Under the pieces are notes generated by a model. It was not told where the DNA came from. It did not search any database and worked only from the letters and a program-made list of their open reading frames with translations. Shown piece by piece: positions 35,859 to 44,868 of a stretch of DNA of 64,000 nucleotides. The position numbers were made by a program, and so were the translations under genes. Each line of letters opens with the position of its first letter. Position 1 is the first letter of the stretch. The DNA is from a virus (Duplodnaviria; Caudoviricetes), in IMG/VR virus record IMGVR_UViG_3300017700_000537, positions 1 through 64,000 of that record; one strand, 5' to 3'.

Positions 35859-36559
35859 CAATAGCCTACATCCTCGGAGACGGGTCGAAGCACGACAACC
35901 TAGAGTTGCGGCTATCGCTGCGTTCCATCGAGAAGAACCTGAATCCATCGGAGGTCATTGTTTGCGGCCATGACCCTGGATTTCTGTCCGACAAGGTGAA
36001 GTATATCCCGAATTTCCCAGAAAAGAAAGAGAATGATGCTGCGTGGGGAATCAAGGAGAACCTATTGGCACTGTGCAGACACCCAGATACGCCGGACGAG
36101 TTCACACTTTTTAACGACGATTATTTCATCCTCCAGCCAATGGCCAGCTTCCCGTACTACCACAAAGGTGAGCTTCGAGAGGCTATGGAGCGCATTGGGT
36201 CAGGCATTTTCTACGGCCACCTTCTCGCAACTGTAACCGTTTTGGAGAAGCAAAAGCTGCCCACAAAGCACTTTGATTGTCATTGGCCAATCATCTACGA
36301 CAAGAAAAAGCTCCAAAAAATCATAGAAGACCAAGACTGGGACGTCCCGCTTGGCCCGACCATCCGAAGCCTCTACTGCAACACGCTTGGCATCGATGGA
36401 GAGTTCGCCGACGACACCAAGCTGAATAGGCCGATAAAAGACTGGGAGCTGCATTGTTTCGGCAGGAAAATGATTTCTGTGGGCGACGAGTCATTTGATG
36501 GCAATTGTCGAAAATACTGGCTATCTTTGTTTCCAAATAAGTCTAGGTACGAAAAATGA
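35855..36559 (+). CDS. Stealth-family-like sugar-phosphate transferase
   Basis: ELRLSLRSIEKN, FTLFNDDYF, HWPIIYDK, RSLYCN resemble Stealth conserved regions. Confidence 0.55.
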   Translation: MTIAYILGDGSKHDNLELRLSLRSIEKNLNPSEVIVCGHDPGFLSDKVKYIPNFPEKKENDAAWGIKENLLALCRHPDTPDEFTLFNDDYFILQPMASFPYYHKGELREAMERIGSGIFYGHLLATVTVLEKQKLPTKHFDCHWPIIYDKKKLQKIIEDQDWDVPLGPTIRSLYCNTLGIDGEFADDTKLNRPIKDWELHCFGRKMISVGDESFDGNCRKYWLSLFPNKSRYEK

Positions 36560-37317
36560 CAATACTTGATTTCCATCTACTTTACAAGCTGGTTTCGGAC
36601 AAGAGCGGATCAGATTACACCTCCCATGAGGAGATAGACCGTCTTGCCAACATCGCACAGATGGAATATTTCGGCTTCCTGCTCGGCAACTACAAGCAGT
36701 ACCAGCCAGGTCGCCCAGTGCCACCGGTAGTGGTAGGCCAGACTTCCCGGACAACAGAGGAGCTCAACCCGTTCAAGGTTACGATTGATTTTCTCACACT
36801 CCCATACGACCCTACGACAGCACCATACGGCGTCACGAACGGCATTCTCGCAATCCCGTTGGACTTCGAGCACATGAGTTCACTGAACTCCATGTTCATC
36901 CAAGCTGGAGAAATCCGATACCGGCCAATCCAAGAACTTGATGATGAAGAATGGGCGGCAAGGGTGGATAGCGAACTCATCCCCGTATCCAAGAAGGACG
37001 CAATCTACCGATTTATCGGAAAGGGCGGAACACTGAACAGCATCAGTATCGGCGAAAAACAGAAGGTGGAATTCAGGCCAAAGGACATTTCCGGCCAGCT
37101 TGTTTATTACCGAACCCCAGCCAAGCCGAACTACGTTTACACGATAAACACAACGACAAGGGTGGAAACACACGACGCTGCTACTTCCACCGACCTAGAA
37201 TGGGGCGAAGTGGCGACGATGAACATCTTGGTACGGACATTGCAGCTTGGCGGCATCAAGCAGGCTGACCAGATGCTGTACCAGGCAATGGGACAAAACA
37301 AAGCAACAGAGGAATAA
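36556..37317 (+). CDS. Tail ring / head-tail connector protein 1 (crAss-like)
   Basis: Position and size (253 aa); first of three similar-sized genes before the muzzle-like gene. Confidence 0.6.
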   Translation: MTILDFHLLYKLVSDKSGSDYTSHEEIDRLANIAQMEYFGFLLGNYKQYQPGRPVPPVVVGQTSRTTEELNPFKVTIDFLTLPYDPTTAPYGVTNGILAIPLDFEHMSSLNSMFIQAGEIRYRPIQELDDEEWAARVDSELIPVSKKDAIYRFIGKGGTLNSISIGEKQKVEFRPKDISGQLVYYRTPAKPNYVYTINTTTRVETHDAATSTDLEWGEVATMNILVRTLQLGGIKQADQMLYQAMGQNKATEE

Positions 37318-37946
37318 TGGCATCCAAGAAATACCTTACCGAATCCATACTCAGGATACTGAAGGGGGGCAACATAAGGTCTTCCTCCAACATCCTTGAA
37401 CAGGACATCCATGCGAGCATCGGACGCCACATCAATGCTTTGCTGAAAATGGAGGCCGTGAACCTGACATACCCGTTCGGGACTAGCATCCCCACCCACC
37501 ACATGATTGCCACCTACGAGGATGTGCCGGTGGTGAATGGAGACTGCGACAGGTCTAGCGCAATACTCCCGGCAACTCCTGTCGCTCTGCCCATGCAGAT
37601 TGGCGTCTGGAGGATAAGCAACTGTGACTGCGACTTCTTTATCCCGTTGGAGCCCGGAATGCTCAACGTGGCGAGCGGGGTGAACCACACGGCAATGTCG
37701 GCGATGCTCGGCAGTGAGCTGATAGCCTACGAGGTATCCGGCAACAAAGTTACGTTCAATAGGAACAGCGATGCGCTTGGTGGGACTGTAAAGATTCAGT
37801 TGTTGACCACGGACATCGCTTCGCTGGACGATTACGCACTACTGCCGATACCTCCCGACATGGAAGCGATGATAGTTAACCTTGTTGTCAGGGATTTTCA
37901 GCCAAGGCCGCATGACGACAGCAACAATTCACAAGACCAACCATGA
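37317..37946 (+). CDS. Tail ring protein 2
   Basis: Coupled ORF; PIPPDMEAMIVNLV-type C-terminus. Confidence 0.55.
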   Translation: MASKKYLTESILRILKGGNIRSSSNILEQDIHASIGRHINALLKMEAVNLTYPFGTSIPTHHMIATYEDVPVVNGDCDRSSAILPATPVALPMQIGVWRISNCDCDFFIPLEPGMLNVASGVNHTAMSAMLGSELIAYEVSGNKVTFNRNSDALGGTVKIQLLTTDIASLDDYALLPIPPDMEAMIVNLVVRDFQPRPHDDSNNSQDQP

Positions 37947-38686
37947 CGGCAAAGACTAAAATAGATTCGATAATCCGCCAGGTTCTCCTCGAGAAAGGGC
38001 TTCCGGTGCATTTCTATATCAGGCTCCTATCTTGGGGCCTTGACTGTTTGAGCGAACTTGAACTCGACCTCATTGGCCGGGTGAAGACGGCAGAGCTTAC
38101 CGTGGACGAATTTTCCCGGATAAAACTGCCTTGTGACTACGTTGATTGGGTAAGGGTCGGCCAGACATACGGCCAGAACGTACTCAAGATGGGCGAGACG
38201 AACACTTTCGCCAGGAACCTCAACCAGAGCGACGGCATCTACACTCCCTACGGTGACGCAGAAGAAACTTCTTCTTACTACTGGGCGAGCTACTATGTAC
38301 AGGACTGGCTGGACAAGAACGGGGAGTTCCGTGGCCGGGGCTTTGGCGGGAATGGCACAAGAACTGACACTTTCATGGTGTTGGACGATGTGATGCAGCT
38401 CAACAACAACTACGCATACGGCGACATCATCAACCTTGACTACATTGCCTTCGACAAGCATTCTGCATCGAGCTATGTGGAGAGGTATGCGGTATCTACC
38501 ATCCGTGCGTACATGGAATACAAGTACATCTGCTCCATGCCAAAGACTGCCCCATACGACAAGAGTGTGGCTGCAAAGGCCTACGAGAACGAACAGCGGA
38601 AGCTGGCTGCCAGGATAAATCCATTGGACATCGAGGCGGTTGGTAGGATAAAACACAGGAGATTTTCACAAACACCGAAGTTCTAA
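37943..38686 (+). CDS. Tail ring protein 3
   Basis: LPCDYVDWVRVG; coupled ORF. Confidence 0.55.
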   Translation: MTAKTKIDSIIRQVLLEKGLPVHFYIRLLSWGLDCLSELELDLIGRVKTAELTVDEFSRIKLPCDYVDWVRVGQTYGQNVLKMGETNTFARNLNQSDGIYTPYGDAEETSSYYWASYYVQDWLDKNGEFRGRGFGGNGTRTDTFMVLDDVMQLNNNYAYGDIINLDYIAFDKHSASSYVERYAVSTIRAYMEYKYICSMPKTAPYDKSVAAKAYENEQRKLAARINPLDIEAVGRIKHRRFSQTPKF

Positions 38687-39003
38687 TGGCGTACAAACTG
38701 TTTTTAGACGATACAAGGGAGCCGCCAGACCCATCATGGGAAGTGGTGAGGTCGTTTGGGGATTTCAAGAAAATAATATCCAGCAACGGGCTCCCATCGC
38801 TTGTTTCGTTTGATTACGACCTGACCAATGATTTTAGGGACAAGACGACAAAAACAGGCTTGGCGTGCGCTACATGGATGAAGGAATACATTGTGTCAAA
38901 CAATTTTCGATGCCCGGATTTTAGGGTTCATTCCCAAAATACATCCGGGGCCAAGAAGTTGAGGGATTTTCTGGGCAATTTTATGAACCACTGGAATAGA
39001 TGA
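38686..39003 (+). CDS. Cyclic-phosphate-processing receiver-like domain protein
   Basis: LFLDDTREP...VSFDYDL...TGLACATW...VHSQNTSG. Confidence 0.7.
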   Translation: MAYKLFLDDTREPPDPSWEVVRSFGDFKKIISSNGLPSLVSFDYDLTNDFRDKTTKTGLACATWMKEYIVSNNFRCPDFRVHSQNTSGAKKLRDFLGNFMNHWNR

Positions 39004-42000
39004 TAGAACGGAGAACCATAGACGGAGCGATAAACTGCGACGATGCAGCGGAATTTATCGGCAAGGGCGACTACCTGAATATGCACAACATGCGTGTGAC
39101 AAGAGATAGTGCTGGCCGTGGCATGGCTGGAAAGCCCGTGGCTGGAACCCAACAGCGCAGTACGGATGCAGCCACTGGGACAAAACAGACGATAGGCAGT
39201 ATCACGGACGAAGTAAAAGGCAGAATCTATCGGATAAACTACAACTCTCTCGGCACCCATAAAATAATCGCTTGGGATAGAAAGACCAATACCACCTATA
39301 CTATACTACAAGAATCCAACGTCACAGGCGGGCTCGGCCTGCTTTCTGCATACCAGATTACAGGTATTGCGCTGATTGGGGATTACCTATATTTCACTGA
39401 TAACCAGCGCCAACAGCGTCGCATTGACGTTGAGCGGGGAATCCGCACCAACCACCCAACCTACGTCAGCCAAAACGGTGACGTACCAGTACCGTACACA
39501 TTACCATTGGAGCAGTGGGACATCACGGTAGCCAGAAGGGTGCCAATGTACCCGCCAAAGGCCAGAAAGCTGATAAGTGCTGACGAATCCGACATCGAGG
39601 ACCGCCAGACAAACCTCATCCAGTTCAATTCATTCCAATTTGCGTACAGGTATGTCTATTCGACCGGAGAATATTCCACGGTCGGGCCGTACTCGCAAGT
39701 AGTGCCGCCAAACATAAGCAGGTATCTGTTTGCTTCCGGTTACAATGACGAGAGGGCATACGACACCATCCGAGTGGAACTGGACAAGGATGAACCAATC
39801 GACCCAGAAGTAAGGATAGTGGAAATACTCGTTCGCCGTGGGAACACTGGCCCGTGGAACATCATAAAGACGTTCGATAGGACAGTGGATTCGGCGCTGT
39901 ACGTTGACCACAACACCTATGGCAGCGACGCTCTCGGCATCTATTTCTTCAATGAGATTACGGGGACAGCTATACCAGACTCCGAGTCATATCTGCCGTA
40001 CTTTGATGTGCCATTGCTATCCAATGCCCTTGAAATTGCCGACAACCGGCTGTTCCTTGGCAACAACGAAAAAGGGTATGACTACATCTATAACTCGGAC
40101 ATCGAGCTTGAGCTTATCAACCTTGGGGCAGCAACCCCTGAACTCTGGCGGGTCACTGGCGCATACTACCTAATAGAGTGGCAGTGTGGCACAGGATTGG
40201 CTGAAGTGGTGGTAATGAGGATACGGGATGCCTTCGGGGCATTCGCTGGCTGGTACGAGACGCCATATACATCGGCGGACTTCAACTCGAACTCTCTTGA
40301 CTTGAATCCAGCGGCAGAGGCGTACACCAGGTATCCGATAATGGATTCCGATGAAATTCCAACAGAGCTAATACAATACCTAAACCCCACCTGTCAGACG
40401 TGGACGATAACGCCATACACAGCAGGGCCGGACAACGTGGTGATTGACGAGGACTGGGAGCACTTTGTTAATGCGGCAAGGGCTTTCAGGGAAGGCTACA
40501 CCTACAAGGTGCAGACGATATTTTACGACTTTGCCGGACGAAACGCAGGCATGACGCACGAGTCTGCCGAGGTAACAATCCCTGGGCCAAAGTACCAGCA
40601 GGATTTTTTTACCACAGGAATACGCTGGACGCTGGATTCATCCCCATCGGCAGTGCCGCTCTGGGCCCACAGCTATGCGATAGCCCGTAGCAGGGTGATA
40701 GAGCCATTCTTAGCAGGCTATGCGGATATTGTCCGCTACGGTGACAGACAGGCTGACGGGAGCTACGACCTGACGGAGACGGTGTATTCATCAGCATGGG
40801 AAGTGGTTGGCGTTGATTTTGAGAAAATGATTTCACTAGGGTTCGGCTACACGTTTTCCGAAGGCGATGTGATGATGCTCATAAATTCAGCGCAGGAGAA
40901 GTTCTATTTGGAGGTCGTTGGAACGCAGGGCAACTTCATCCTATTGCAGCCAGAGGACATCGGAGATACATCCACTGCCACCTTTTACTTCGAGCTAAAG
41001 ACTCCTACACAGGATAATGGAAAGACATATTGGGAAATTGGAAGGAACTACAAGATAAACGACCCCGGAGAGCCAACAAGAACATTTTCGGTATTGACGG
41101 ATGTCATCTACGGCGATACGTACTTCGGGAAAAGGCTGGTGTTCAATACGAACCAACCGGTTCAGTGCATGAACCCGAACAACAAGGTGTGGACAGAGTG
41201 GCCACAAGACACTGGCCGGCCATCGATGTTGTTATTTTCGAAAGAAAAGAGATTTGAAACGGAAGTAGCGTGGTCATCCACCTACTTCCCCGGAACAGAA
41301 ACCAACCAGCTAAACCAGTTCGTCTCCGGCGACATCAGGACATTGGATTCTGGCCTTGGCCAGATACAGATTCTGAAGCTCACATCCCGGACGCAGGATT
41401 ATGGAACGGTGATGCTGGCAGTTGGTCAGACAGAGGTGGCGAGCATGTACCTTGGAAGGACGGAGTTCTACAACGCAGCCGAAACACCTTCACTCATCAA
41501 TACAGTGGATGTCATCGGCACCATCAACATCCTACGGGGAGGGTTCGGTACGCTGAACCCAGAATCCTTCGTGGAGAACGATGGAGATGCCTATTGGTTC
41601 TCGGCCATCAAGTCAGCGTTCACAAGATACTCAAAAGCAGGCGTGGAGCCTGTAAGTGACAGGAAGTTCTCATCCTTCGCAGCTTGGCTCGGCAATGCAA
41701 TCATGCTGGCAGCGAGTGATGTTCCGGGGATTTCTCCGATCAAGATACCAGCAGGATACGATGAATTCAACAAGGAAGCAGTCTGGTCAATCCCACCAAT
41801 CGGGACATGGCCGATAAGCTACCCAGTGCTGGATGTGGAAGAATCAGTCACGGCCACGGAATCAAGTCCGGTTGGGTCGGTGACAGCGGCATTGGTGGCT
41901 GGAAGCATTTACCGGTTCATGTTCACGGCCCCTGGTCCTACGCAGATTCAGGTGACTTGTGACGACCTTTTCCACGGCCCAAAGACATTTATTTCGGTCG

Positions 42001-42671
42001 GTACATTGGTATCGTTCGTCTTTGTGGCGGCAAGCACCGGCAACTACACGTTCAATGTGGTCACAGTGCCAACGCTGTCAACGGTAGTGCATACGTTCAC
42101 CATCACAAAGCTCAGGATTAACCCCTACACGACCATCAATCTTTTCCCGAAAACAGTCGTGTTCTCCGAAGAAAAAGGACGGTTTTCTTGGTTTATGAAC
42201 GCCGTACCTGAATGGTGGGGCAGGGCCGGGGACAAACTTTTCTGTATGAAGCTGGGCAACCTTTTTTCATTGGATTCCGTGTCCACGAACAATTTCTTCG
42301 GCGTGCGGTTCCCTAGCTGGGCAGCGATGGCATTCAATCAAGCGCCGAGCGAAGTCAAGAGGCTGCAAGGTACTTCAATGGAGACCACTGGCGCTCCGGC
42401 ATACGCCCATTTCCGTACAGAGGACGATTTTGTGCAGTCATCAGACCTTGTGGCGGCGGACTTTCGGAAGCAGGAGGGTATCTGGTCGGCAAGTGCCTAC
42501 CGTGACCGTCTTTCCCCTAACACCTCCGGCACGGTTGTTGACAAACTGCTGAAAGGGGACGAGATGCGGGGACGCAGTTTCAAGGTCTTGTATGAATGGT
42601 CAAGTTTGACTACCTTTGTTGCAAAGATTTTGAATATCATCTACCGGAGTTCAACCGGTAACAAAACGTAA
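39000..42671 (+). CDS. Tail stabilisation / muzzle protein (P22 gp10-like, crAss-like)
   Basis: 1223 aa, beta-propeller-like; DYLNMHNMR N-terminus; precedes the cargo genes. Confidence 0.7.
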   Translation: MIERRTIDGAINCDDAAEFIGKGDYLNMHNMRVTRDSAGRGMAGKPVAGTQQRSTDAATGTKQTIGSITDEVKGRIYRINYNSLGTHKIIAWDRKTNTTYTILQESNVTGGLGLLSAYQITGIALIGDYLYFTDNQRQQRRIDVERGIRTNHPTYVSQNGDVPVPYTLPLEQWDITVARRVPMYPPKARKLISADESDIEDRQTNLIQFNSFQFAYRYVYSTGEYSTVGPYSQVVPPNISRYLFASGYNDERAYDTIRVELDKDEPIDPEVRIVEILVRRGNTGPWNIIKTFDRTVDSALYVDHNTYGSDALGIYFFNEITGTAIPDSESYLPYFDVPLLSNALEIADNRLFLGNNEKGYDYIYNSDIELELINLGAATPELWRVTGAYYLIEWQCGTGLAEVVVMRIRDAFGAFAGWYETPYTSADFNSNSLDLNPAAEAYTRYPIMDSDEIPTELIQYLNPTCQTWTITPYTAGPDNVVIDEDWEHFVNAARAFREGYTYKVQTIFYDFAGRNAGMTHESAEVTIPGPKYQQDFFTTGIRWTLDSSPSAVPLWAHSYAIARSRVIEPFLAGYADIVRYGDRQADGSYDLTETVYSSAWEVVGVDFEKMISLGFGYTFSEGDVMMLINSAQEKFYLEVVGTQGNFILLQPEDIGDTSTATFYFELKTPTQDNGKTYWEIGRNYKINDPGEPTRTFSVLTDVIYGDTYFGKRLVFNTNQPVQCMNPNNKVWTEWPQDTGRPSMLLFSKEKRFETEVAWSSTYFPGTETNQLNQFVSGDIRTLDSGLGQIQILKLTSRTQDYGTVMLAVGQTEVASMYLGRTEFYNAAETPSLINTVDVIGTINILRGGFGTLNPESFVENDGDAYWFSAIKSAFTRYSKAGVEPVSDRKFSSFAAWLGNAIMLAASDVPGISPIKIPAGYDEFNKEAVWSIPPIGTWPISYPVLDVEESVTATESSPVGSVTAALVAGSIYRFMFTAPGPTQIQVTCDDLFHGPKTFISVGTLVSFVFVAASTGNYTFNVVTVPTLSTVVHTFTITKLRINPYTTINLFPKTVVFSEEKGRFSWFMNAVPEWWGRAGDKLFCMKLGNLFSLDSVSTNNFFGVRFPSWAAMAFNQAPSEVKRLQGTSMETTGAPAYAHFRTEDDFVQSSDLVAADFRKQEGIWSASAYRDRLSPNTSGTVVDKLLKGDEMRGRSFKVLYEWSSLTTFVAKILNIIYRSSTGNKT

Positions 42672-42676
42672 CCAAT

Positions 42677-43354
42677 ATGTTACCACTCGCAGCGATGGCA
42701 ATTCCAGGAGTAATTCAAGGCGCATTGGGCCTTGGCCAGCTCATCGGAGGCATGGGAATGAAACCCAAGCGCCCCGAATATGAAATACCAGAGGCTCAAC
42801 AAGAAGCTATGGCCGCCGCCCGGATGCAGCAGAATGCCCGTATGCCTGGCATCAACTACGCCAATGCCAGGGTTGACCAGAATGCGGCCAACTCACAATA
42901 CCGTTTACAGAAAGGAGCAACGAACAGCTCGCAGCTTCTCTCTGGCTTGGCAGGCATCCAGATGAACAGCAACATCGCCGCCCGTGGCCTTATGGGAGCC
43001 GAAGCTGGCGACCAGATGCGCAGGGACGATATTTTCCGCCGCTCATTGGGCGTGATGGCTGGGTATCAGGACAAGAAATGGGAGCTGAACAAGATGCAGC
43101 CATACCAAGATGCAGCCCGGACAAAGGCAGCCCTGATTCAGGGTGGCCTCACAAACCTTGCTGGCGGGGTGAACCAATCATTGTCTGGCATCATGGCTGG
43201 ACAGATGATGCAGGGTCCACAAGCTGGAGCGCCTATGGCTCCTGCGGCAAAAACAACCCCACAGGTCCCGATGTGGATGCGAATCCTGCAAATGGGGCAG
43301 TATCCCGGAATGCAACCGGAAGGCTATGGCTACGATAAAAGCATGATAGGATAA
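42677..43354 (+). CDS. Putative ejection/cargo protein 1
   Basis: Gly/Ala/Met-rich hydrophobic termini typical of pilot proteins. Confidence 0.6.
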   Translation: MLPLAAMAIPGVIQGALGLGQLIGGMGMKPKRPEYEIPEAQQEAMAAARMQQNARMPGINYANARVDQNAANSQYRLQKGATNSSQLLSGLAGIQMNSNIAARGLMGAEAGDQMRRDDIFRRSLGVMAGYQDKKWELNKMQPYQDAARTKAALIQGGLTNLAGGVNQSLSGIMAGQMMQGPQAGAPMAPAAKTTPQVPMWMRILQMGQYPGMQPEGYGYDKSMIG

Positions 43355-44868
43355 TGACAGCAGACGCCAAAGGCATATACAATTCCCCATCCGAAAAAGG
43401 CTGGGCGACCATCCTTCCGAGCGGTCCAAACTTCATGGGCCTTGCCATGCAGCAGGAGCAGATGAAGGCCCGTAGGGAGCAGCTTGCACTTGCCGCCCAA
43501 CAGAAGGCCGATGCCGAACGGGAGAAACAGGTGGCGAAGATTGTCGGAGACCTCGGCAAGCCAGTTCCAACAGCCTTCCCATATCAGGAAGCTGTCACCG
43601 AAAAAAAGACCAAACTATTGGAAGAAGTGCAGAAGATGTACTTCGACAACGCCGATGCCTCTGAAATCCGTTTCAAAGCCGCTGCTGGCGTTCAAGAGTT
43701 GATGGCCTATGCCAATTCCGGCAAACAGGTGTATGAAGGGATTCTGTCGCAGACCAAGCAGCTTGACCAAAAGAAATACCGAATAGAAGAAATCAACCGT
43801 GGGCTCGCCGATAAAATCATCGGCACCGACGGCAAGCCTCTTGACCCAAGCAAGGTTGACCCCAGAGACCTTTCAGCCACCGATTTGGTGTATGAATCCG
43901 ATACCCCCTGGAAGTATCTCAACGAACCAGTGGTGGTGAAGGATTTTTTGAAGAACGATGCCTTCAAACAGGTTGCTATGGAGGTGCAGAGAAACCTGGA
44001 TTCTGGCAAATTAGGCAGGTTCACTAGGGTAGATTCTGGCACTACAATATCCAAGGCGGCAGGGAAGATTTACCACATCGACCCTGTTTCCGGCAAGATA
44101 ACAATCAACGACCCAGATACGCTGATAGAGAATGGGGCCTTCCAATTGATGCTTGCCGACCGGGACATGGCGGCAGTGGTCGAGGGCCACGTAGCGGAAC
44201 TCACCGCTGACCGCTCCACTCCATTAAACGAGGAGGCCAAAGATTTGCTCAGGGCGAGCGTATTGCGGGATTTGTTGGTCAACAACACGCCTGGGCCACA
44301 GACCGTGGAACGGGTGAACTCTCGGTACATGCCGACCTACGCAAGCTCTGGTGGCGGAATATCTATGGGCCGTCAAGCAATAGCCGAGTATGTCGCTGGC
44401 ACCGATGAGTGGGTCGCTGATGCCACAAGCGGGGATATAAACAAAGTCAAGGAAGCATTTTTATTTGCCTCCAAGGCGAGAGGCATCGGGGAGAAATCCA
44501 CAAGCGTCCTGTCGGAACTTGTCGGGGTTGACCCAGAGCTTGATTTCAGTGGTGTGAGCACACAGCCGCCAGCCGATAAAAGGAAGATAGTTCCGTTCAG
44601 CAAAATGGACCCCACAAAGCCTTGGCCAGCCATGGAGGCCGACAATACGAGCGACATAATCTGGGTGTCTTTTACAGATGGCGAAGAAACTACATGGGCT
44701 CCGGTTGACAGGGCCAAGCTCGACACCGAACTATCAAGGGGTGCGCTGTACGACGTACAGGACATGCTGAAGTATGGCTATAAGCAAAAAGGAGGCGGCA
44801 GAGGTGCAGCTATGCAGGCACCGTCCGCTTCCCCAACAGCTAAGGGATTCTCAATCAAGAAAAAATAA
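43354..44868 (+). CDS. Putative ejection/cargo protein 2
   Basis: 504-aa helical protein between cargo genes. Confidence 0.55.
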   Translation: MTADAKGIYNSPSEKGWATILPSGPNFMGLAMQQEQMKARREQLALAAQQKADAEREKQVAKIVGDLGKPVPTAFPYQEAVTEKKTKLLEEVQKMYFDNADASEIRFKAAAGVQELMAYANSGKQVYEGILSQTKQLDQKKYRIEEINRGLADKIIGTDGKPLDPSKVDPRDLSATDLVYESDTPWKYLNEPVVVKDFLKNDAFKQVAMEVQRNLDSGKLGRFTRVDSGTTISKAAGKIYHIDPVSGKITINDPDTLIENGAFQLMLADRDMAAVVEGHVAELTADRSTPLNEEAKDLLRASVLRDLLVNNTPGPQTVERVNSRYMPTYASSGGGISMGRQAIAEYVAGTDEWVADATSGDINKVKEAFLFASKARGIGEKSTSVLSELVGVDPELDFSGVSTQPPADKRKIVPFSKMDPTKPWPAMEADNTSDIIWVSFTDGEETTWAPVDRAKLDTELSRGALYDVQDMLKYGYKQKGGGRGAAMQAPSASPTAKGFSIKKK

